Source: the human T2T-CHM13v2.0 reference genome, Homo sapiens
Reading direction: 5' to 3' (one strand)
DNA length: 64,000 nt
NCBI RefSeq assembly: GCF_009914755.1
Contig: NC_060947.1
Below are positions 54,940-64,000 of the stretch, piece by piece; position 1 is the first letter of the stretch; each line of letters begins with the position of its first letter. Under the pieces are notes generated by a model that ran no database searches, was not told where the DNA came from, and worked only from the letters and a program-made list of their open reading frames with translations. The position numbers and the translations under genes were made by a program.

Positions 54940-55135
54940 TGAAATAAGAACTGGCTAGAAATGGGTTCCAAAACCGATTTGTCCACTTACTAATTGTGTA
55001 AACTTAAGCAAATCACTTCAATTGCATTGATCATCAGTTTCTTATCTGTAAAATAAAAGGGGGAGATTCCTAGATTCCTGCTACACCTGCCTTGGAGATT
55101 TGTTGAGGAGATAATGGATATGATAGTACTATAAT
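54940..55135 (+). mobile_element. MIR SINE
   Basis: ccacttactaattgtgtaaacttaagcaaatcactt...cagtttcttatctgtaaaat. Confidence 0.7.
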
Positions 55136-55197
55136 CACAGGAAATTTATGTATTAATATTATCTAATCTGATGGCATGGTTAGAACTCCTCATTTCT

Positions 55198-55481
55198 TCT
55201 TCTTTGTTTTTGAGGTGGAATCTCTCTCTGTCACCCAGGCCAGAGTGCAATGGTCTGATCTCGGCTCACTGCAACCTCCACCTCCCGAGTTCAAGTGATT
55301 CATGTGCCTCAGCCTCCTGAGTAGCTGGGATTACAGGCACCTGCCACCATGCCAGGCTAGTTTTTGTATTTTTAGTAGACATGGGGTTTCATCATGTTTT
55401 TCAGGCTGGTCTTGAACTCCTGACCTCAGGTTATCCACCCGCCTCGGCCTCCCAAAGTGCTGGAATTACAGGCATGAGCCA
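55198..55481 (-). mobile_element. AluSx lacking its first ~13 nt
   Basis: TSD tcctcatttct at 55187-55197 and 55486-55496. Confidence 0.9.
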
Positions 55482-57232
55482 GTATTCCTCATTTCTAATC
55501 TCATGCAACTAAGAGCCTAATGAGGAGGTCTTGTAAATATTGGCATTAACAACACAAAGCACCATGAGTGCTATCGTAGAACTGACAGAAGACATGACAT
55601 GGGGCACAAAGCGGTAGAGGTGGGGAAAGCCTCAAAGACACTATGGAGGCAGTAGCCATGGAGCCACATCTTGATACTTAATATGGGTACTTACCAGGCA
55701 GATAGGATCGGGTAGAATATTCTAAGCAGAAGGGATAAAATGAGGAAAAGTAGGAAACAGCATGGTATTTTAGGCACAATAACAAACTATCTAGTGTTAC
55801 TGGAGCACAAAATGTGAGGCTATGAGAATCCAGAGGTAAAAAGGAACCAGATCATGGTGGCTTTTCAAGCCACAGTAAGGAAGTTGATTTTATTCTGCAG
55901 CAAATGGGGATCCTTGCTTTAGGGTCGTCTTCCAAATATTCACACAGCATCCTTCATTGTCCTGTGGTGGAACACTAATTTTAGAGCACACTCTCATCAA
56001 CTGTATTCTTGTTTGTTTGCTAAATGAACTGTGAGTACCTCTTATCTCTAGCACCTTGAAGTGTTCAGGATGTAGGAGCTTAGCAAATACTAATTGAGTA
56101 AATGAATTAAGCAAATTTAACTTGGGGAGTGACATGGCATAGATTTTCCTGTTGTATTAGTCACCCCGGCAAAACTGGGTCAGAGTAGTTAGTAGATATG
56201 AAAACAATAATGATAGTTCTCTGATTTTGTATCTTCCCACTAAAATTTGGCTGACGATAGTCAAGTTTTATTAGATTACCCCAACCATGAAAGTTACAAA
56301 CCATAAATAAGATGCCAACATGTTCATTGGGTGTGCAAATAGAGTAGTCGATACCATGGAAAAAGGAAGTAATAGTAAAACAAGTACAGCAACACCATGC
56401 CTATTTAGTAAAACCTGTTTATTTGATCTAACATTCCTGAAATTCTCTATTAAATATCCTAAATTTCATGGAGCTTTTCTTACAAATTAATTCTATAGCA
56501 AAGGGTATATTTTTGGGGTGTGTTTGTTAGAGCTGTGGAAACACTATTGCTTAGAGGTGTTAAATAACCTCATTAGCTTCTTATTTTGAAACTGTCTCCT
56601 CATAAAATTGAATGTACTATCACTTTTTTTCATTCATGACTATTTTGATGATAAATTTTCACATGTCAATATTCACTAGTTATTCAAAAAAGTCAGTGAA
56701 CATAGCATCTCATCTGTAGCTTCTCTAGAGTGAGGAGTATGCTACTTGGTTAAAATTTCTGGGTTTAGAAAACCATCAGTTTTATTGAAATGAACCATCA
56801 GCCCAGTTTGTTTTTTTCTTAACATCACCTCAGCAATGGAACTGCCTTAATTATAATAAACCTTTACATATCCATTATAAATATCATAATATGATTTTTT
56901 AATGGAGGAACAGGAAAATGAGTACTTCTCCTTGATAATCTTCTCTTTTTGCTGGCAAGTGTGTATTTTCTTAAAATTAACAGATGAATTATGTGCTAAG
57001 AGGGAGATTTGAAAAAGGATAATATAGTTGTATACTAGGGAATAAGGCAAATGAAAATTACATTTCAGAAGTCACAAGAAATATTTTGAAAGGAATTTCA
57101 TTACATTTTTTGTCTCAAGTGGATTCTGTATCTAAGTCATATCAGCTTTTAAAAATCCATCTTTGTCATAAATTTATAACTGAATTTATAACTGGTTTAA
57201 TCTGAAGAAGAAATCTAAGTGCAGCCTAGAGG

Positions 57233-57234
<2 letters not shown>

Positions 57235-57282
<48 letters not shown>
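57235..57282. repeat. (GA)24 microsatellite
   Basis: Read directly. Confidence 0.95.
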
Positions 57283-57284
<2 letters not shown>

Positions 57285-58059
57285 TGTGCTATTAATATAA
57301 GAAACTCATCAACACTTTCTGAACAATTCAGTGTAGGAATGTGTCCAAAGGAAGTTGCTAAAAACTAAAAAGCACACACAGTTGTAATCACGTTACAATC
57401 ACTATCACATATATCACACGATGGTCCACAGATCTTTGCCACGTAAGTCACTGAAGCTCAATGTTATTCTGCTGTCAGCATAAAAGAACGTATCTTCAAC
57501 TTTGGAGTCTAATCTTCCCGATTTTTGATGATGAAGACAGCTGACAAATCTTTAGCTTGGAGCTATCTGAATCTCATACCATAATGTAGAAACTTGGCAT
57601 CATGGGCTCCCAATTATGCCATGCCTGTAACATATTCTCCTGTTGATATTAAAAGTGTTGACAATCTGAGAAACAGATTATCCACTGAAAACTTTCCACA
57701 CTCAAGTCTCCCTGTATTCATTCTAATTGCACTCTTAAATTGAAACATCTACTATTTTCTCATAGTTTTGCAAATCTAATTATAGATCATGATCTTAAAA
57801 ATCTAGATGTATAGATTCAATTTGATTCCTTTCTGCTTCCTATAAGATAAAGAAACTTGGATGATTAAACTCTTTAAGAATTCATTGCAAAATTGGCTGA
57901 ATCAAATAATTTTCTATAAGTTGATCTTGAGATATTTACATTACATGGAATTTCCAAATTCTGCACAAAAAAAAAGTCCCATTCATTCAGAGAGTAGACT
58001 GGTTTTATTTTATTCATGTTGCTCCATGTGACAGAATCATAGTGGAACAGCATGCTTAA

Positions 58060-58325
58060 ATGGAAAGAGCAGTATAGTGCAACGGGTTAAGAGCAAGCTT
58101 TCTGGAGTCAGACCGAGAATGTTGAAATACGAGATTTACGGACAATTATCTTTGTAACCTTCAGCAAGAAAATTGACCTCTGTGAGCCCTAGTGTACTTA
58201 CTCGTGAATAGGGAAAATAGTTATCTCCCTCACAGAGGCTGTAAGGATTGCTGGTACTATTTATCAAGGACCTGATACACTGGCTAACACAAAGTAGGTG
58301 CCTGATATGCAGTAGCTATTGTTGT
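58060..58325 (+). mobile_element. MIR SINE, near full length
   Basis: gcagtatagtgcaacgggttaagagc...tctggagtcagac...agtagctattgttgtt. Confidence 0.75.
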
Positions 58326-60743
58326 TAATTTGACAGTTTTCATACCAATGGTATATTTATTTATAAATTGATAGCCATAATTTGCCTGCCATTTCTGAAG
58401 AGAAAAAGTGATTTTTTTCTTTCACATATAATATGCCTTTGGAAAAGAATAAGCTGCCATTGTTGATGTCACTTTATTTAACATACTCTGGCAATATTCA
58501 TGCAGTGTTATTATACAGGTAATTTACTGTCCATAATTGGCTTTTGGCAGCTGAAGGAGGAAATTTATTTTCATTACAAGACTTTTAACAAATAGTAGAA
58601 ATCAGTATCCAGAAAGCAATGTACTTTTGACTTTCTTAATACTCTAAATTCATTATCATGTTATTTTTCTGTTTCACTCCGTTTTTACAGGCCAAATTGA
58701 GGCAAAATGTTCTACTTGAAGTACACTTAATTTTGTCTTTTTCTACAGGAATATCTAAAAATCTTTGCTGCCTCTGATATCTAAGGGTGAGCCATTAACG
58801 AGCTGGGCAGTCAGGCACTCTCCTATTGCAATTTCAGATTTTATGCTATTACATTAAAATGGTTACCGGCTTCCTATGACATTCTAATTAGCCAGGGCAC
58901 TGTTAGTGTTGATGATAAAACAGTCTAACAAGAAGTAAGTTATGCCAGCAACTTTAGCTACCATAACTGTCAAGGTTCAGACCATTAGATAAATATCACC
59001 ACATAATTACTTCTACACTCACCCAATCTCTGATATGTACACAAATATGTGTGTACATATATATGTGTATATAATAGATAACATTTTTGAATTGAGAACT
59101 ACTTCCCTTAGAAAGTTTATTATCTGATATATTAGCCAAAAAAAAGAAGGTCACTCCCCTACAATAAATTCTCACTGTTAACTTAGAAGTATGCCTAGAA
59201 TGGAGTCAAGTTATTGTGGAAAATTGTGGTATGCACAAATTTGTATTTGTATATTTTGCTAATAACACAGGGATGCTATTTCACTTCTGATGGACTTAGA
59301 ATGAAGAAAAACCAAGGATGAAGAGAAAAGGGAATCAAAGCAGAATTCTATGTAATGAAGCTTTGGGTTAGAAAAATTAAACCTGGGCTATAGAATACCA
59401 TTTAGGTATCTGTTATCAATGAGAAAACTGTACAAAAGATAAATGCCTCAGATAGGACATTATAAACAGGTAGAAATAAACAAGTTATAACATTAAAATA
59501 CACTGAATATTTGAATGGATGATTGGTTGGTTTTTCTAGAAAGGAAGAAAATTCCTGAAGTCTGTTACTAATAAGGTTTGGTAAATGAATATTATTTGTT
59601 GAGTCTTCATTATTATTCACTTAAGGTATTAAAAAGTCCACTGTTTCTTTTTGGGTTTACTGTGTACAACTTGTTTTATTTCAATGAATGACTTCCATAT
59701 GTTTGTTCCATCATTATAAAATTCACTGAAGTTTCAGAGTGCCAAGAATTATTTTAAAGTAGTTAGAGGGACTTTACTGTTTTTTCTACACAATAGGAGT
59801 CAGGTATGAGGAAACTCCTTCCCACTGAATCTACTCACAAAGAGAAAGTCCCCCAAAAGGAATGTTTTCCCCTTTTTTGTACACAATCACTAGATGTTAG
59901 TGTCCAACATGATCAACAGTCTGCGCCGCTCCTTTCCTTAATCTTTCCAAAACAACGTCCTTCTCAACGTGATGCAACTCTTCATTATACAACCCAAAAC
60001 ACACTTATCTCCTCTCTAAATGAAGACTCAAATTCTCCTGAATTATTTCTTTCATTTTCAAGTCAGGATCTCTTGGTGTTTTTCCTTCCATTCCTAATGC
60101 TCCTGTGGCCATTCACAGTGCTCTTCAACTCATGGACTAATATGTGAAATATGATTACCGTCAGTAAACCTATGTCAATAGTAGGAGAAATGGAGATAAA
60201 ACTGAGACAAAAAAGAAAGGAATATAAAATATGGTTAATTTGGTAAATTTATATTGTATTTTATTACTAAAAGTTGAACTCTGTTTCCCAGGATTTTCCT
60301 CCCACCATAGGTCTAAGTTACCATGGGTTTTAAAAGGTATCTTGCATGTCATTGGTAAGGCAGAAATTTAATGTAAATTATATTGTTTTTATGTTCAGAA
60401 GGTTGAAGTTAAGCCAAAGGCACAGTTGAAGTTCAGGCATGAAGTTTGTCTACTGGCTTACTTTCTCTATTTGCAGTAGCAGCTAGGCCTACAGGTCCTA
60501 CAGTGCCTGTAAGATCTACTCTTCAGCTTCCCCAATACCTATTCCAGGTATGGATTTAGATCCATGATTCAGGGCACCAGCTTCTTCTGCAAGACACCTA
60601 CATTGTGTAAGCTGGAGGCAGTGAGACATCAACGTGGGTTCCAACTCATCTTTATGAGTTCCTGCTCATCCTTATAGATTCCAGTGTTCTCTTGCTCTCC
60701 CCCATTTCACTTCCAATATGTTCTCCCTGACCACCTATCTGCC

Positions 60744-60995
60744 TTTAATTAAGTCCCATCTATTTATCTTTGTTTTTGTTGCATTTGCTTTTGGGTTATC
60801 GGTCACGAAGTCTTTTCCTAAGCCAATGTTTAGAAGGGGTTTTTTGATGTTATCCTCTGTAATTTTTATGTTTTTAGGTCTTAGATTTAAGTCTTTGTTC
60901 CATGTTGAGTTGATTTTTTTATAAGGTCAGAGATGAGGATCCAGCTTCATTCTTCTACATGTGGCTTGCCAATTATCCCACCACCATTTGTTGAA
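60744..60995 (-). mobile_element. Internal L1PB ORF2 fragment; inverted counterpart of 62508-62758
   Basis: Its reverse complement aligns end to end with the downstream L1PB; no tail or TSD seen. Confidence 0.88.
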
Positions 60996-61439
60996 GAACA
61001 AAACTCAGAAGAAAAAAAAAACCCATAGACTGTATAACCTAATAAATCTTTCATTATATACACACATATACATATATGTGCATACATATATGTATACATA
61101 TGCATATATGTGAATGCATATATATGTGTGTGTATTTATGATGCACTATATTAAGTACAAATTGGTGGTGAGAAATGAAGGTTTTTTTTCTCAAACAATA
61201 TAATCAGTTACAGAGACTACCCAAGATAAATTTAGTTCACAAGAAGACAGGTAAAAAAAAAATACAGAATTATTTGTGATGGCAAAAATAAATTAAAACA
61301 ACCTATATGGCACTCAAAAGGAACATGAATAACTATAATCATAATAAATTAACATATTGTAATACTATACATAAGTGAAAATTTATCATGGGGTGTTCTT
61401 ATCTTGAGCAAAAATATAAATAAATAAGAGTTTCATTGG

Positions 61440-61993
61440 ATGAGTGGCCAAGGCGGCCAACTAGAAGAAGCTAGGGTGCATGACTCTCATGGATAGGAAT
61501 GGAAGGGATGAGTAAATAAAGCACCTTCAAATGAAACATTCAGGTACTCACATTGGGACTAATCAAGGAAACAACTCAACTCATGGAGAATGGAGAAAAG
61601 CAAGGCAGGGTGACGGCTCAACTGGGAGCAACACAGAGCCAAGGGAATCTTCTCAACCCAGGAAAGTGGGGAGTGAATGTGTGACCCAGGAAACCATGAT
61701 TCTCCCATGGATCTTTGCAGCCCATATGTCAGGAGATCCCCTCATGAACCCACTCCACTGGGGCCTTCAGTCTGATACCCAGAGTTATGTAGAGTCTCAG
61801 CAGAGCAGCCATTCCAGAGTGCCCTCTTCCCTCCAAATGACTGCATTACCTCTCCAACAGGGTTGGAAATCGAGCTGAAGCTGAGATGGCTGAAATGATA
61901 GAAGTAGAATATAAATAGGAAGAAAGTTCACTGAGCTAAAGGAGTACATTGTAACTCAGTGCAAGGAAGCTAAAAATCATGATAATACATTAC
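61440..61993 (+). mobile_element. L1PA12/13-like 5' UTR joined to an ORF1 N-terminal fragment
   Basis: ggccaaggcggccaactagaag...cattgggactaatcaaggaaacaactc; jumps near 61817 to ORF1-like agtgccctcttccctccaaatga. Confidence 0.7.
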
Positions 61994-63763
61994 AACACCT
62001 GCAAAAAAAATGAAATATTTAGGAATGTACCTAAACCAACACGTGAAAGATCTCTACAAGGAAAACTGCAAAACACTGCTGAAAGAAATCATAGATGACA
62101 CAAACAAATGGAAACACATCCCATGCTCATGGATGGTTAGAATCAATATTTTGAAAATGAACACAGCACCAAAAACACTTGACAAATTCAATGCAATTAC
62201 CATCAAAATACCATCATCATTCTTCAAAGAACTAGAAAAAACAATTCTAACATTCATACGGAACCAAAAGAGATGCCACATAGCCAAAGCAAGACTAAGC
62301 AAAAAGAACAAATCTGTAGGCATTATATTAACCAATGTCAAACTATACTACAAGACTATAGTTACCAAAACAGCATGCTACTGGTATAAAAATAGGCACA
62401 TAGATCAATGGAACAGAATAGAGAAGCCAGAAATAAAGCCAAATATTTGCAGCTAACTGATCTTTGACAAAGCAAACGAAAACATAAAGTGGGAAAAACA
62501 TACCCTACTCAACAAATGGTGCTGGTATAATTGGCAAGCCACACGTAGAAGAGTGAAGCTGGATCTTCATCTCTCACCTTACAGAAAAATCAACTCAACA
62601 TGGATGAAAGACTTAAATCTCAGACCTAAAAACACAAAAATTACAGAAGATAGCATAGAAAACACTCTTCTAAACACTGGCTTAGGAAAAGACTTCATGA
62701 CCAATAACCCAAAAGTAAATGCAAAAAAAAAAAGATAAATAGATGGGATTTAATTAAATTAAAAAGCTTCTGCACAGAAAAAGAAATAATCAGCAGAGTT
62801 AGCAGACAACCTACAGAGTGAAAGAAAATATTCACAAACGATGCATCTGACAAAAGACTAACATCTAGATTCTACAAGGAAATCATACAAATCAGAAAGA
62901 ACACAAACAAATGAACCCATCGATAAGTGGGCAAAGGACATGAATGGTCAGTTCTCAAAAGAAGATATACAAATGGTCAACAAACATAAGAAAAAAATGC
63001 TCAACATCACTAATTATCAGGGAAATCCAAATCAAAACCACAATGAGATATGACCTTACTCCTGCAAAAATGATCATAATTAAAAAATCAATAAATAACA
63101 CATGTTGGCATAGATGTGGTGAGAAGGGAACACTTTTACACTGCTGGTGGGAATGTAAACTAGTACAACCACTATGGAAAACAGTATGGAAATTCCTTAA
63201 AGAACTAAAAGTAGAATCACCATTTGATCCAGCAATCCCACTACTAGGTATCTACCCAGAGGAGAAAAAAAGTCGTTATACAAAAATACACTTGTACAGG
63301 CATATTTATAGCAGCAAAATTCACAATTGCAAAAATATAGAACCAGCCTAAATGCTCATCAAGCAACAAATGAATAAAGGAAATATGGTATGTATACACC
63401 ATGCAATACTATTCAACCATAAAAAGGAATGAAATAATGACATTTGCAGTAACCTGGATGGAGATGGAGACCATTATTGTAAGTGAAGTAACTTGGGAAT
63501 GGAAAACCAAACATTGTATGTCCTGAGTTATAAGCTAAACTATGAGGGTACAAAGACATAAGACTATTATAGTGGACTTTGGGGACTCAGGGGGAAGTAA
63601 GGAGGTGGTTAGTGATAAAAGACTACACAATGGGTACAGTGTTTACTGCTTGGGTAATAGGTGAACCAAAATCTCAGAAATCACCACTAAAGAACTCTTC
63701 CATGCAACCAAGCACCACCTGTTTCCCCAAAACTATTGAAATAAAATTTAAAAATTAAAAAAA
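61994..63763 (+). mobile_element. L1PB (PB1/PB2-like) 3' part of ORF2, 3' UTR and tail
   Basis: ORFs 62010..62456, 62553..62738 and 62944..63351 ([18 protein letters not shown]); L1PB-type end aaatcaccactaaagaac...aactattgaaataaaa. Confidence 0.9.
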
Positions 63764-63799
63764 CTGTCATCACAAAGGTTAAAGAAGAATATAATTTCT

Positions 63800-63998
63800 C
63801 CCTAAAAATTGTCTTAGCTGTCTATTAAGACACTAACTTTATATTTATTTGTCTACTTACTAATTGTTTCCCCAATGAGATGGTAAGCTCCATGAGGACA
63901 GGTGTCTGCTTTCTGGCTGCATCTTTCACCTGCAGTTTAGCAGAGTGTCATGGTATTGCTTTGGAAACTTTAAATAAATATTGGTTAAAATAATGAAA
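63800..63998 (+). mobile_element. L2a 3' end
   Basis: gtaagctccatgaggacagg...aataaatattggttaaaataatgaa. Confidence 0.7.
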
Positions 63999-64000
63999 AA

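Noticed and set aside
60410-60743. Possible old ERVL-type LTR fragment
   Set aside because: Composition is suggestive, but I could not match termini or a family with confidence.
61800-61830. L1 5' UTR/ORF1 junction as a spliced retrotransposed element (SpIRE)
   Set aside because: No evident GT donor, and the join is not at the known ORF1 acceptor; cag microhomology is the simpler explanation.
62010-63351. L1 ORF2-like ORFs (also 5574-6284, 9881-10123, 18865-19221, 28247-28985, 29949-30200)
   Set aside because: Fragmented, frameshifted retrotransposon remnants, not functional CDS.

Overview
Human genomic DNA: it carries a near-consensus AluYa5 (a human-specific subfamily) and an L1PA2. The window is AT-rich, CpG-poor and appears gene-free, like an intergenic or deep-intronic L1-rich region. 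No protein-coding gene, tRNA/rRNA, CpG island or CRISPR array is supported. Every recognisable ORF in the track is a decayed L1 ORF2, HERV-L pol/dUTPase, MaLR-internal or Alu translation. More than half of the window is transposon debris: Alus, L1PA/L1PB/L1M, L2, MIR, L3, MER5A, MER44A, MER104, Tigger3, ERV1 LTRs, a truncated HERV-L and several MaLR proviruses. I found no credible new biological system. What deserves a second look is genome-rearrangement history: (1) a locally copied inverted L1PB segment, (2) a 5'-inverted L1 with a nested THE1C cut by a microhomology deletion, (3) an L1PA2 inserted inside an Alu, (4) a possibly polymorphic AluYa5, (5) a 5.8-kb nested old L1 with a possible 3' transduction, (6) a TSD-less internal L1 fragment, (7) a 120-bp tandem duplication and (8) a perfect 56-bp microsatellite palindrome. 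Subfamily names come from remembered consensus sequences, not from a database search. Boundaries of old repeats are approximate.
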